Positions 14,317 through 40,333 of a DNA stretch of 64,000 nucleotides are shown one piece after another. Made by a program: the position numbers and the translations under genes. Position 1 is the stretch's first letter; each line of letters starts with the position of its first letter. The notes under the pieces were generated by a model that was given only the letters and a program-made list of their open reading frames with translations, had not been told where the DNA came from and ran no database searches. The stretch lies in assembly GCF_009914755.1 (NCBI RefSeq), contig NC_060931.1; one strand, written 5' to 3'. The DNA is from the human T2T-CHM13v2.0 reference genome, Homo sapiens.

Positions 14317-15382
14317 TTCTAGAGCCCATACTTTCTTCCTCTTTATTATGAGTGGATGACTTTACTTACTACTTCTCTGAAAATGTCATGTCATTTAACA
14401 TGAATTTCCTATAATTCTTTCCTTTCTGTCCCAGTAATTCTTCTTCAGTTTTATTCATTCTCTTTCTTTCTCCCTCTTTTCTCAAGTAAGAAATGTCCCT
14501 CCTCTGTTCTTAGATTAAATCCTTTACCTGCTTTCTTGGTTCCCTGTTCTCTAGGGTCTGTCTCTAGAGATTACACCCTCTCTCTCTTGCTTTACCACTC
14601 ATTTTTCACTAACAGCTTCTTCTTTGGCCTAAAAAATTACAAGGTTTCCTTCCTTGAAATAAATATTTTCTTAACTTTACTGCCTCTTCATATATGCATT
14701 TATCTCTCTTCCCCTCACCATCAAATTTCTTAGAAACATCACCTGATCTTATTGCCTAATGTGAACTGCTCCAACTCTCAATTCCCTGAAGTTAGTATTC
14801 CACTCCCACCAGTTTGTAGAAATACCCTTATAAAGATCATATAAATGGTCTCCAAATTACTTTATTTTGATAACTTTTCTACTTCTGATCTGCTTCTCTG
14901 TGGCATTTGACACTACAGTATACCTTCTTCTTTCTTATCAAAACGTCAAAAGTTGAGTTCCCAGATAGAAATCCTGCTCCTCTTCCTGACTCTTGGATTT
15001 ATACCTCCTTCTGTTTTTATCGATCCCTCCTCCCTTCTCACTCTATACTCTTTCCTTGCAGATCTTATACATAAAGATTCAGGTATTTCCTTTATATCAA
15101 GGACTTTCAAGTCTGCACATTTATTTGTAACTCTGTAACTCTAGCTTGCCTTCCCAACCTCCTCCCAAAGGGCAGCTCAAAATCAACTAGTCAAAACCAA
15201 AATCAACACTCTCCCCTCGAATCCATCCTCTCATTTATATCTATTCTTCTCAGTTAAGGACATCACTATGCTCCCCAACATCAGAACATAAAATTCAATT
15301 TTCAGTCTACTCTTTTCCCCATAACCAATTTGTCACCAAGCTCAATGGCTCAGATAATAGTAGTACTGAAGAAAAAATTTAA

Positions 15383-15552
15383 TGTATATATGTATATGTA
15401 TACATATATATATGTATGTGTGTATATATGTACGTATATATGTATATGTATACATATATATGTATGTGTGTGTATATATGTATGTATATATATACACACT
15501 CACATATGTTAAAAATAAAAAATATATAATAATTATATACATATAAATATAT
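15383..15552. repeat. TA/TG-rich low-complexity microsatellite
   Basis: Visible ATATGT/TATA repeats; source of the spurious Y/I/T-rich ORFs. Confidence 0.9.
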
Positions 15553-16917
15553 TAGGGGCATCTTATCTCACATCTTCCCTTTCACATGAGGGAAATGAGG
15601 CCTAGAAGAGTGATTTGCCTAAATCACTCAGATCATTTATTGTTCAGACTCTCTCTGCCACACATACAGAAAGGTTTGGAAGTAAACAGTATTGCTCAGG
15701 AAGGCAGCTCAAGACAGAACACAATGGCAAGTACCTTGGTAGCTTGGGGGAAGGTGGAGCATAGCCAGCTAGTGAAAAGACTGGATGTTACAGAAATAAA
15801 ATAATCTGATAGATAGATAAGGGCAGGGCACTGCAAACAAGCTTGGTCTAGATTAAGTGTGATGATCAAAGAAACACTTCTGATAAATGGCTTCACATTC
15901 ACCTAGTTTTCTGTGTAAAGCAGTTAGGTAGGAATTTGTGGCAGCAAACCAACTGTGTGTTAATGACTGTAAGCAATTCTTTTCATACCATTCACTGGTG
16001 AAAGTGATGAAAATCATCATCTAGACATGCAGGAATCTTATTTTTCCCAACAAACTACAGGTAAATGTGGACAATCAATGAACTCTTCCACTATACTCAT
16101 CCATCACCACATGAACTCAGTAAATATTCGAGGACTTGCAAATGCCTGGTAGTATGTTCGGTGTTGGGCATGTCAATACATGTTCCAAAGTCTTGAGTTC
16201 AAGGATCTTGAAACCTAGAGCAAGCACTTAAGTATGGTGTGGTCTATAACAGCCTAAACTCAGGGGATGTGAGGGAATATTCAAGAGGGAACATTGAAGA
16301 GGCACCTCACCCCACAAGAGAGTGCCAGGGAAGACTCTCCTGAGGAAGTAAAGTGCCACCACAATGAACCCTCACAAAGAAGTGGGAGTTAGCTGGCAAA
16401 GTGTGAAGAAGGGAGTAATCTTGGAGTCAAAGAGAAGCATGTCAAGTCCCAAGGCAGGGAAGAAAATATCCTGTTTGTCATCCCTAAATAGACTAGAAAT
16501 ATCTATTGCACAGAATTATTCTCCAAATCAGCAACTTCCAAACATCTTCTAGGATGGCAAGAAAGGGTAAAAGGAGAAACCAAAAGAACAAGGTCCTGAA
16601 TTTATTACAGTGCAGAAGGATTAGAAACAAGCAAAACAACAGAATCCTTATCCTATAAGTTGTTTGTTCATTTACAAAAGGAGATCCATTATTTAAAACT
16701 TCATGTTAACATTTCTCATAAAATTATTTGTGATGAAAATATATACTTCCTGTATAGCAATGATTCAGAACTTTTAGTTCCAGTGAAAATTAAAAAAAAA
16801 AAAGAAAACATACAGTAGGAAGGACAAACATTATTTCACAACAGTAAAGAAATTTCCTAGTTATAGAATCATCACTTTTAGTGGTATATTTGGCATAACA
16901 TTGAAAATTTAAACTGA

Positions 16918-29241
<12,324 letters not shown>

Positions 29242-30300
29242 AAAATCTAAACTGACAATAGAAAATTTAGGTCAACAAGGAAAAAACTTTTCTAGACCAT
29301 TTTGTTTTATCCTTGATTTTGATGGAAAAATAAAGAAATAAAATATTGCCCACACAGACTAGCACCAGTTCCAGCAGTGACACCAGCAGCAGTTTAAGGT
29401 CCAAATGAGAGCCTCACTCTATTCTACTGTGTGTACTTATGAATTTATAAATTCAGGCCACGGTTATTATAAGTACCCCTTTTTTGGCCAAAAATATTTA
29501 AATTCAAAATCCATGTTCTTTGGTGGTATTTTATTGCCCCAAATGGAATATTAGACATCCAATTCCAGCAATCAGAATTCACATTGAAAATGTGGTAAAT
29601 ATACTTTTTCAAAATCATATCCCCATTCCAAAATGCAATTGATTTAACAAATATTAATATATGAAAAATTTCAACATCTCATAAATACACATTTTTTTGT
29701 TTGTTTACCGAAATGCTGTCCCTGGTGTAACTTCTTGATTATTCCTGTGAAGACAGTACTGGGAATTAAAATGCAGTCTGTTCTCTATTTCTCTTTGAAA
29801 GACTTGTTAAGAATGGCAGGGAACCCAAGATGGAACGTGTTTAGAGTTTTAAATCGAGTAACGTGGTTAATATTCGATCCACAAACATTTGCAGAGCTCC
29901 AAATAAAGGCAGACATGGTGAGAGGAATACCAGTTAGTGGGAAGATGACTACCAGAAGCGGAAGCCCAGTCAAATAGGGCAATGATGAGAATGGATAGCA
30001 ATAGGACAGAACTGGAGACTAGCCTAGGAATCGAGTGGAAATCAATACACATTTATCAAGACCCTACTGAGTATGCCACTACCCCCAGGGAGTTGCCCAC
30101 CATGAGGCAGTCAAAGCTGGGCATTCCTGTGGTGTTCTAATTAGCCCTCCAAAATTCTGTTTTGGCTTTTTTAGTTGACTGGTTTACCCGGAGGTGGGAT
30201 GAGAGCATAGGGATCCATCTGGCAGCTCCAGAGGACAACATTAATGCACTGTCTATACAGCTATTGATGTGAGCATGAGAGCAGCATGGAAAATACTCAC

Positions 30301-30356
30301 ACTGGAGATAAAAGCCAGCCCACTAGGAAGTATATCAATATCTTCAGAGCCACTTT
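30301..30356 (-). CDS. PON3: PON3 exon 3 (SGSEDIDILPSGLAFISS)
   Basis: 56 nt, CAG acceptor, GTGAGT donor. Confidence 0.97.
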
Positions 30357-33300
30357 CTGCAAAAGAAGGGTAGAATCAGAAAAATGCATATATGAAGGCT
30401 TAAAAAATACGTCTCACAGTCCAAACTACAAATATCTTTTGGAAACTTCTTTTGGAAATTGTTGACTTGTTCAACCATTTACTTGGGAAACCATATTAAC
30501 TTTGGAGAATCTCACAGGCATGCTACTCTATAGTAAAGCTTGAGTCAGACTCCTCAAATACTAAATCCTTTTTTAGAACCCCATTTTCAGGAGAAAAAGG
30601 CAAATACCTAGAAAATAAACTCATATCCTAGATTTACTCTTTAAGTAACAATTTCCAGGGCATATCCTGAGAGATTCAGCTTTATCCCCCATAGAAGGCT
30701 GCTCTATAGACTCAGTGATAAAATCTGGAAAGTCATAATCGTGAAGGTCTTTTATTACAGGCCTCTCTGCCAAGCATTCCTTCTCTTCCAACGTAAAGCC
30801 TAAAACGCTACATTATACAATCATATTGGGAAATTATTGAGTAATAAACTAATGAGTATAAATGAATATGAAAGATTACTGAATATTAATATGAAAGTTT
30901 AGTTAGATCTTTTTTCTCAGTAAGAGCTAGTTTTCAGCATTTTTTTCTATGGAAAGAGACATATAATAAGTAAGTTTTGACTGAGAACAAGTTGAAAAAG
31001 GAGCTGTCACCTACACTACGCCTGCACGACAGGCCCCATGCATCTCAGCAACAATGGCACCTGTGGGAGCAAAAGCCCCCAGGATACCTTCCTCTGAGAC
31101 TTTCCCACACACTTATTAGCCTATGCACAACTATCATTAGAATCCCACTGCTAAGTCTAAAATCAGTCTTATGAATAGGTGCCTACTGCTTCTTAGCCTG
31201 TCAACCCTACTGCTACTTGGCATAACTTCATTTCTTTACTCTTTTCTTCATTTCTCCAGTCATCCCCTACAGGCACTCTGATAAAGGATCACATCAAAGC
31301 ATTACTATCAGTTAATTTTATTATCGTCACTTCACATCTTGGAGAGAAGTTTCTGATAGCCAGCTAAGAAAACACATGGAACCTATTATGGAGTAGAAGC
31401 ATATATTGGAGACATGGGAAGCTATAGAATGGAAAGGAGTGGAAGAGAAGATACGTAGGTATTAAATACAGAGGCCACCTACTCGATAATCCTGCCTAGT
31501 GAAAGTCCTACTGAAGTATTCATATTTCAAGTGCAGCTTTGATTAGATGTCAAGGGCAGCCAGATAACGTCCTGGTTAAAACAATCCTTGACCCTCAAAA
31601 GCCTTGGATAAAAAGATGAACGTAATACAAAAAGATCTATGAGATATGATTTCCAGAGAAAGATATATTTCACCTTTCAACTTTTCTTCCCAGAAAAAAA
31701 TGCTGGAGAAGGAAAACAAAATAAGAGTTTCTTCTACCAATAAAATAAACCTCAAAAGTCTGGGTCTTGAAAACACAAATAAGAATTTTTCTCCAGCTCT
31801 GTTACAGCCTACTATACCCTACCTAAAATCCTTCAGCAGCTTTTCAGGGCTTTGTAAAGCCTCTACTCCTCAACCAGTTGTGATTTGTGAGTATTATCTT
31901 ATCCATTATCTTAATTTAAATATCTAGACTGCCTTGTTTTGATTAACCTGTATCTAGTAATATTTCAGCTGTTTGCATCTCAGATTTTCTGTTTTCCACT
32001 GTTGCAATACTTTCCTGAAGCTTCCAAAATAAAAAATGTGTTGTCAGTAGATCAGAAAGTTAGTGTTACACAACAGAGAGTAAAAAGGCATAGAAGGAAA
32101 CGATCTTGGCTCATAAGCTAAGCCCATCACCCCCTAGTTCCGGACCATTGGGCAAGCAACTTAATTCTTCTGTATGTCAATTTCCTAATCTGCAAAGCAT
32201 AGATAGCAGCATCCACTTTACAAATTGGTTATGAGGATGATGTAGATGTTTGTAAAGGACTCAACAGGCTGCTCATAGTCACCAGGCCTTTGATAAAGCA
32301 GCTTTTTCAAAACATATATATCAGTATTGTCCTACTGACACATGACCCATCATCATTCTAACTTGTTTAGTTCACCAAACATATGCCAATAGACATGAGA
32401 AGTAACATGGCATTTCTTTCTTCTGCTCCCAGCCTGCTTCCAACTATTTAAGCCATTTTCTTCAAAATATTTGGCAAATCAGAACATTGACCTAAGACTC
32501 ACAATATTAACTGTAATTTTACCTTCTCAAATCTAGTTGAGTGATACAATTCGAGTCAGACTAGACCCTACCAATCATCTAGTCTAATTATACCTCTTGA
32601 TTATTTGCAGGCTTATATATTTTGACAGTTATTTGTATAGTGAATATGAATACTACTACACCACAAAACAGTAAACAAATGAGTAAATGTCACATTTCCT
32701 TATTTTTAAAATCAAATTAAATCACTCTGATATCCTATTCCACTAAGTTGATGGAAAATCCAATCTGAGTCATTACTGGGTTTGTCTGTTAGGGTTATGA
32801 AATCATTTTAAGTGGTGGGTTCTAAACCTAAGCAGAATGTTTTGGAAAGGCCATCTGGCATTCATTCTACACTACGTATCATCGAATTATTCATTGCCAA
32901 AGTTACTGGTCCCTTTAATTTAGACAATTCTGCTACTTCCATGTAATGCATTGACACAAGGTCTTTACCTTAGCTGGAACACAGGGTCCAGCGTCCCTAA
33001 AGATACCTTGCAACCATTCCTTCTGAGGTCCTGCTCCTCTCCCAGAATGCTGTCAGCCAGTGGGGTAAGGATCCCCATTATTCAAAGATATCCACATATT
33101 CATATCCCTTCTCCAACAGAATCCCTTGAAGGGGCTCAGGTTTTTAAAAACAATTCAGGAAAGGCGTTTTCTTTGGTTTCTTCTGCTTTCCAGCTGCTAG
33201 CACAAACCACCTCTAAGACTAGGGAGTGCAAGGTTCAGATTACTTTATTTTTTAGAAATTGAGAGGCAAGAAAAGGCAGAAAACTCAAATCAAAAGGGTA

Positions 33301-34044
33301 CTTTTTCTGTATTTTTAAATATAGCAATAAAATAGAAAATCATATCCCAAAATAAGCTATCTCATCACATTCTAATAAATAAGTCACAGTTCTTGGCCCT
33401 AGGGAGTTTACAATCTGATAGTGAAAGAGAGAACACTGCTAGCTATAATACAAGGCATGTGGCAGGTGTCATAAGTGAATCGGAGCTTCAGAGTGCTGTG
33501 AGAGTTCAGAGGAAGGAGATGAATTTTGCAGCTGATTTTAGTAAGCAGAGACAGAGGAATCAGTAAGTTTGGAGGGAATTTCATAAGCAAAGGTGAGAAG
33601 GTGAAAGAACATATTCCCAGAACAGGGAACACAATCTAGCCTGATTTTATTTTATTTTTCTGTTAGCAATGTCAGGAAGAATTGGAGCTGTGGAGCCCAA
33701 ATAAGCAGGTGTGGCATTAACTAGTAGGTGAGATTAGCCCATGTCTCACGTAGAAGCATGAGGGACAAGCGGGGAACAATGGTTCCTGGATTTTGAACTG
33801 AATCTTTTGAGAATGGGGGTACCATACATAGGAAAAGTCTAGAAGCAGAGCTGGTTGTGGGTGGGAGGATGAGGGAGAAAACGACAGAAATGTAAAATAG
33901 ATTTCAGCTTAGGGAGAGTTTGAGCTGGAGCTGCCCTTTAACTGACTAAAAAAGAAGGGCTGCAGTTTGAAAGGTTAGGGACTGGGCCATGGATTTTTTA
34001 TGAATTTTTTTAAAAGAAGGTAGGTAGGCTGTGAGGTTCCTTCG

Positions 34045-34343
34045 TTTATTATTTTTTTTAAGACAAAGTCTCGCTCTGTCGCCAGGCTGGAGTACAGTGG
34101 CGCGATCTCAGCTCACTGCAACCTCCGATGACTCCCTGGTTCAAGTGATTCTCCTGCCTCAGCCTTCCGAGTAGCTGGGATTACAGGCACACGCCGCCAA
34201 CATGCCCGGCTAATTGTTATATTTTTAGTAGAGATGGGGTTTCACCATGTTGGCCAGGATGGTCTCGATCTCCTGACCTCATGATCCGCCCCCCTCGGCC
34301 TCCCAAGTGCTGGGATTACAGGTGTGAGCCACTGCGCCCAGCC
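34045..34343 (-). mobile_element. AluS (AluSc-like)
   Basis: Antisense Alu with TSD GCTGTGAGGTTC (34028-34039 and 34345-34356). Confidence 0.93.
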
Positions 34344-34791
34344 TGCTGTGAGGTTCTTGAGGGGAGGGGCTGAGTCATATTATTTGAAAAAAAATAACAC
34401 TTGAAGCCAGGAATGACAATAAGGAAAGGGAGGGAGGAAGGAAAGAAGAAAGGAAGCAAAAAAAGGAAAGGTAACAGAGGACAAGGAGGAGAGTGAAATA
34501 CCACAGATGGGAAAGGAGAAGCATTCAGTGAGGGGAAAACCAGGGAGTGGTCAATGACATTCTTTAGGTAATGTGGAGAGATGTCAGTAAGGAAATGTGC
34601 TGAGAAAAACCCACAAAGAATGTCATTTAGTACACCCCTGAAGACCTTGCATGGGGCAGAGTGGACGGGGCAGATGTCCCACTGGGAGGGCTTAAGTAGT
34701 GACAGGTAATTAAATGAGCTGGTAGGGCTCAGTCAGGTGGATGACGACCAAGAAGCTGTGCTGGCTCCTCTTGGTACTGTCACATACATAC

Positions 34792-34862
34792 CAAGTTCCT
34801 CAATAAGGTGGCAGTTTTCAGGTTCTACTGGCTCCACTTCTCGAGAGGCATTCACCCTTTCT
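34792..34862 (-). CDS. PON3: PON3 exon 2 (ERVNASREVEPVEPENCHLIEEL)
   Basis: 71 nt, CAG acceptor, GTATGT donor; contains the conserved N-terminal Cys. Confidence 0.97.
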
Positions 34863-36123
34863 CTGTAGAAGATAAAACCCAACCCTGGAAGTCAAGGCAC
34901 AGCATTCAAAATGTATGTTTAAATGTGGACTTCAATCATCTTCGTGTTGGTTAACTATCTTTATCATAATTTATGAATGACATAACAAGTAAGTAGGTAC
35001 TTCCTTTCATGTTTATTTACATAATGTAGACATTATGTGGGTATTTTACCTATATCAGCTAACCTTACCCAGTTATTGCTGAAAAACTGTATAATATGAT
35101 TCAACATGGAAAATTCTGCTGCCCAAATAAAAGACACTATTTAATAGTATGAGTAATTGAACAATATTATTAATTTAAATGCACGAAATAGCCCTAATTT
35201 TCTAAAGTATCGTCTGTTATAAATCTGCACTTAATCCCCTACAGTCTTGCCCTTTGAACTTTTCCTTCCAAACTGCTTTCCCAAAATTCAACAGGGTCTC
35301 CTAATAGTCAAACTCTATCACTTTTGCTTTAATTTTTAAATTTTATGCTGACTTACTCCGCAAGTATGTAAATTCATTAAACCAACCACAATTTAAACAA
35401 TTGGCCGATTTATTTTTCAACACAATTTTCTTGTTTCCAGAGTGAAAAGGAATGTTTCCACATTCTTCTAATATCAGGGATAATTTAAAATTTTTATTAA
35501 AGTATATTCAGAAAGACTCAATACTTATCTTACAGTCATTTATTTAAAAAAATACCCTTAGATCTACTTTATTATTATTACTATTATTTTATGATTCTCC
35601 ATGTGGTTGCACTGGGAGCAAATGTAACAATAAAACTCTCAAACTGGAAGTATTACTAATAGGCACCAGGCACCTCAACAGATTCTAGACGTGATCCTCT
35701 AAGAAGACCAGCTTCAACTAAGAGAAATACATAAACACTCAAAGACAACTGAAAGCAAGCAGAGGCTTTCGATCCACTCATGAATGTGTATTATCACTTA
35801 AAGGTTCTTCTTTCTAGCCCAGTATTGACTTTTCCTGAGACATTTCTAGGCTGGCTATCACCATTGTATCTTCCACTTCAAAAGGTCAAATGCCTACAAA
35901 ATGCCAGTTACCGCCTGCAGGTTTCAGCTGGTTTGCCCTGCTGTCTGGCCAGCTCTTTAAATCTAGGATAGGTTCCATAACCCAGTACTTCTGCATGGTT
36001 AGCCAGACCTGGGCAATGTCTCAGTCAGCCGTAAACATCCAACTGGTAGCCTGATCCTCTCTCCCAAGTCCGGCGTTTCCAATGGACGTCCTTTTTTCCC
36101 AAGCAGAATGTTGAGGGCGAGCT

Positions 36124-36210
36124 GGGAAAGGGGTCATCACGTTCAGAAAGTAAAAGGGGGTCATGACCTTCAGAAAGCAAAGTGGGGGATCATAACCTTC
36201 AAAAAATAAA
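36124..36210. repeat. Degenerate tandem repeat (3 x 27-29 bp) containing the IR0 palindrome GGGTCATGACCT (36158-36169)
   Basis: Units gggtcatcacgttcagaaag / gggtcatgaccttcagaaag / ggatcataaccttcaaaaaa start at 36131, 36158 and 36187. Confidence 0.8.
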
Positions 36211-36399
36211 TGGGACTAATTCGGCTCGGCAGTCTTTGGAAACGCAAGTAGCTCACTTTCCCCATAAGCGAGTCTCAAGGGGCGGTTTGCTGGGTGAGAT
36301 GGAGGAGTGAGGTTCCAAAGCTGCTCTTTCCTACCCGCTAGGAAGGGGGCGCCAGGCAGCCCCTGACCTCACTTGGAAGAGGAGAGAAAGAGAGTCGAA

Positions 36400-37050
36400 G
36401 ACGCCCTGTCAAGATGCCACTCACCTAAACGCCAGGAACATCTCCCCGACTAAGGACAGGCCGACCCCCAGCAGGACCAGCGCCACGAGCTTCCCCATGG
36501 TCTCGGGGTGCCCAGCGGCGACTGCGCGGCGCCGAGAGCTCTCGGGGGCGCGGCGGGCGGTTCCTGCCTCGCGTACGGATTGGGGCCCGCTCGGCCCCGC
36601 CCGCACACGCCTCCTACTTACCTGAGCGGCCCGGGTGCCGCAGCAGGGCGCTGACGAGTCCCGCCGAGCCCCGCCGCCCGGGTTCAAGGCCGCCTTCACG
36701 CCCACGATTCCTTGTTTTTTGGGCAGAGGTCAAGGCTCAACGGAGAGGGAGCCCGGGACCGAGTTGTGGTGGGAGTTTGCTCCTAACACCCGCGAAATCC
36801 TACCTCAATTCCTCAGATGGCCTGAGGGAGAAACCGGAGGGCCCGGGAATGGCGGGGAGCTCCAGTTCAGAGCCGGAACTCCGGACTTCTGCAAGGCCAG
36901 ACGTGAGGCGACACTGAATTGCTCCCGAGACGCGGGAAGGGCGAAGGCAATCGAAGCGAAGAGCTTTAACTCATCTTCTCCAGGATTTGGGGCACGGGAA
37001 CCTGTCTCCTGACCTTCGTGCCTTACCTCGGAGTGTGCTGCCCAGACGGA
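36400..37050 (-). promoter_or_regulatory. PON3: PON3 CpG-island promoter with GC boxes and no obvious TATA box
   Basis: Sharp rise in GC and CpG content around exon 1; CCCCGCCC / CCCGCC boxes at about 36595, 36660 and 36670. Confidence 0.9.
36425..36498 (-). CDS. PON3: PON3 exon 1 coding part (MGKLVALVLLGVGLSLVGEMFLAFR; hydrophobic leader)
   Basis: ATG in strong Kozak context (ACCATGG), 74 nt, GTGAGT donor at 36423-36424. Confidence 0.98.
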
Positions 37051-37519
37051 CTTGTGAATAGCTGCGTCTGTCCCCATAGTTAACGGGAGAAGGAAACACC
37101 AGGAGAAAAGAAGGAAAAGACAGGAAACGGGAAGAGGAGCAGAGGCGAGGAAGGGGAAGGTCATTTCCTTGGCAGGGTAGGCCCTCTTTCTTCTAGGTCT
37201 TGAGTTCCTGCCAGGCAAGAAATGCTCTTTCCCCTCTCCTGATGAACACCAGGTTGGAGGGGGAGGAACTGAAGATGCGGGAAGACTTGGGGAGTTCGGG
37301 CAAAGTAGCACATTCAAGCATGATCTATTTTTATTTACGGACAGAAAGAAATATTAGTTCTGTTAGGTTCCACCGAGTAAACTATTTGTTGAGAGAGCAA
37401 GATTTGCCAATCCTGGGGGTATTAAGGAAAGAAAAGGTGGTCCCTGACCTATGGGATACATGATTCTAGTATGAATACGTAATTACAGGATGAATAATGA
37501 AGCCCACCGCTTATGCAGT

Positions 37520-38090
37520 ACTGACTGTGTGCTTTGCCTGTGCTGACACCTATGTTAACGCATTTAATTATCAACACAATCTCTGGAGTGTGGGTAGCCT
37601 TACCCCAATTTTACAGGTGAGACCTGCAGCACAGATTGCTTATGTGGCTTGCTGTAGGTCAGGCAGCTGTCAAGCAGCAGACTCCAAAATCTGGGCCCTT
37701 AACTGAGCTGCCTCTACCATGCTGCCTCTAGAAAATCTATGGAAAAAGGGTTGTATTAAAAGGACAGTGTAACGTCTTGAATTGTATAGATTAGAGTTCT
37801 TGTTAAGATGACTAATGTTAAAAGAGTGCAAGCAGAGGAGGAATCGAAGTCAGGAGGGCTCACAGAGCTGAGGGGCCTGGGGTGTGATGTAGACATGCAT
37901 GCAGGGTTTGGGAGTCAGGCTGCCTGGGTTTGGATCCAGCCTAGATAAAGTACTCAGCTTTATTGAGCTACAGATTCCTCTTCTGTAAAAGAACGTCCAC
38001 CTCATAGGTAGCTTAAAATTAAATGTGATAATGAGTGTCAAGTGCTCTGCACTGTGCTTGATACGTTTTATGAAGTCAGTAAAGATTAAC
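37520..38090. mobile_element. MIR fragments
   Basis: 'ccccaattttacaggtgagac' and 'gggagtcaggctgcctgggtttggatcc...ctgtaaaa' are MIR core motifs. Confidence 0.6.
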
Positions 38091-38666
38091 CACTAATTAA
38101 TTCTGAACTTTGCTTGAGATTGTAGGCTCCTGTGGGAAGGACTCCATCGCATTGATCACTGGGTTTTCCCGTGCCATCCATAGAACTTTGTGCTTAATAA
38201 TGACTCAATAAATATGATTAGATGGATGGATGTAAAATATGGACTTGGGAGAAAGAAAAATTAGAAGAATAAAAAATAAATGGAATGAATAATGAAATAA
38301 TAATAGTCATATTATTATTTCACTCAGCGTTTGCATGCCTTGTCACATTACTTCTTATTAACCTTACCTACAAAGAAGTAAAGTGAATTGCTTGCTGCAA
38401 GTTTGATGGGACTAAAAAGAAGGAAAGTGAGGCTTTGAGGCTTAGAGAGGTAAAGTAATAATTCACTTAAGGTTACATAACTAAGTGTCAGTGCCTCCAT
38501 CTGGACTCAGATCAGGTGACTCTAGAGCTCATGTTCCTTATCACTGTGTTTGCAGCATAGCATGAAGAAGGGGGTAAAGAAAGAAGCGTATTCTTGGGCA
38601 ATTGATTGAAGTTCTGTGTTAGCTATAATTTGTTTAAAAATTCTTCACTTTAGGCAGAGGAGTCTC

Positions 38667-38708
38667 TGTGTGTGTGTGTGCATGTGTGTGTGTGTGTGTG
38701 TGTGTGTA
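38667..38708. repeat. (TG)n microsatellite
   Basis: Interrupted TG run, seen directly. Confidence 0.95.
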
Positions 38709-39239
38709 TACATTAACTTTAAACCCTAGAAGTGGTTAGTTTTTATTCGAATACCATAATCAGTAATTCAAATCCCCAGCATGGTAAATTAGCATTAAAG
38801 AATTCCAAACTTTGGAGGCCACTGTATCGAGTGTCACCATCTAAATCTGCTCTTGGCAATAGGCCAAATTGACTTGGTCAAGAGGCCACAGGTACATCAG
38901 TATTGTAAAAGGGGTTTGTTGACTTTGAAAGAGCAGGACAGATAAATTCAAAAGGCCTAAATTCAAGATCCAATTCCATTTGTAGTTGGCCCTTTAATCT
39001 TTTGAAATCACTTATCACCACCTCTGGACCCTTCTTTCCTTATATGTATAGTGGGGCTTTCAAAGAGCTAATGTAGACCAAATTCAATGCTATACGTTTA
39101 AACAGTAAGTAACACAATACTATATATAGATCTAGGGAGTCCCACACCATTGATAATCAAAATGCCATTAAGGGGGATGCAGAATATACATGTGGTATAA
39201 TTCTAAGGTATAAAATTAGGGGAATTACATATTATCCAC

Positions 39240-39242
<3 letters not shown>

Positions 39243-39288
<46 letters not shown>
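39243..39288. repeat. Compound (TG)n(TA)n microsatellite
   Basis: Seen directly. Confidence 0.95.
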
Positions 39289-40333
39289 AACAATCTAGAC
39301 ATAAACTGAAGAGTAGTTACTTTGAGAGCAGAAGATTGGGGTCGTGGAGAGTGGGGAGGTCAGTGAGTATGGAAGGAGACTTTGCTTTTACTGTACGACC
39401 CTCTGTAATGTTTAAAATTTTCAAACTTTATATCTTGATCATGTTTACAATCGCTACATTTTTAATTTAAAAAGATTGTTTCTATCAGTGAATCTTGCCA
39501 AGAAAAAGAGGTGGCGATAGAGAAAAAGAGCAACAAATCAAAAGAGATTATGATTATATTGCAATAAAGCTGTTTTTTAAAAAGAGGATATGGATTTTAG
39601 AACATTAGGAAACATTGTCCTAAGCCATAGAAACCACTGTTTAAAACCTGGGTACGACTACATGGCATTAATGAGTCTAGTGCTGCTCAGAAGAGAGAAA
39701 TGCTAGAGGACCAGATATTTGTATTATTTTAAGAAATGACTTCTATTATTTAGAAAATTTATTATTTTAAATTTATACTTATTTAAGTATTAAATATTTA
39801 GGTATATCTGAATTTAAATAAAATTCTCAATTTCATTCTGAAGATGCACTTAATAATGAAGTCAGGTAGTGAAAGTCTGATACCTTGTTTGGTGACTTCC
39901 TGCAACTCACCATGGGGAAGGTTCCCCCACTCAGGACTTCAGGTGCAACCTGTGGTGTGCTAGGAATCATCTGCGCTGAGTGTATTTAGCAGGATGAGCA
40001 CCAGGGTTCCAGCAGGCTCACATTTCACTATGTAAGCACCAAGTGAATGGGGGGATCCTTGAGGGGCCACACTTTGCCAGGAAGGTTCTTTCCAGATTTA
40101 TCTTCCACTTTAACTGTCTTCAGGGGATTTTTCATCAATATCTGGTAGCCCCTCAGCGACTCTAGTTTGGAACACATCTCAAGGTAGATTCAACATATTA
40201 CATGAACTTGTCAGATTGTATGACAAGGAGAAGGAGTTAATTAAGTGGAGAAAGGGTGGTGAGGTTCACAGAAAGAGGTCGGGGTATCCGCAAGTAGGGG
40301 AATTGGAACAGAAATAGTCCAGTATGGATACAG

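Noticed and set aside
15330-15561. Tyr/Ile/Thr-rich ORFs on both strands
   Set aside because: They are translations of a TA/TG microsatellite.
36635-37317. 125-aa and 170-aa ORFs upstream of PON3 as a divergent gene
   Set aside because: Stop-poor GC-rich promoter DNA with no recognisable domain. A divergent non-coding RNA cannot be judged from sequence alone.
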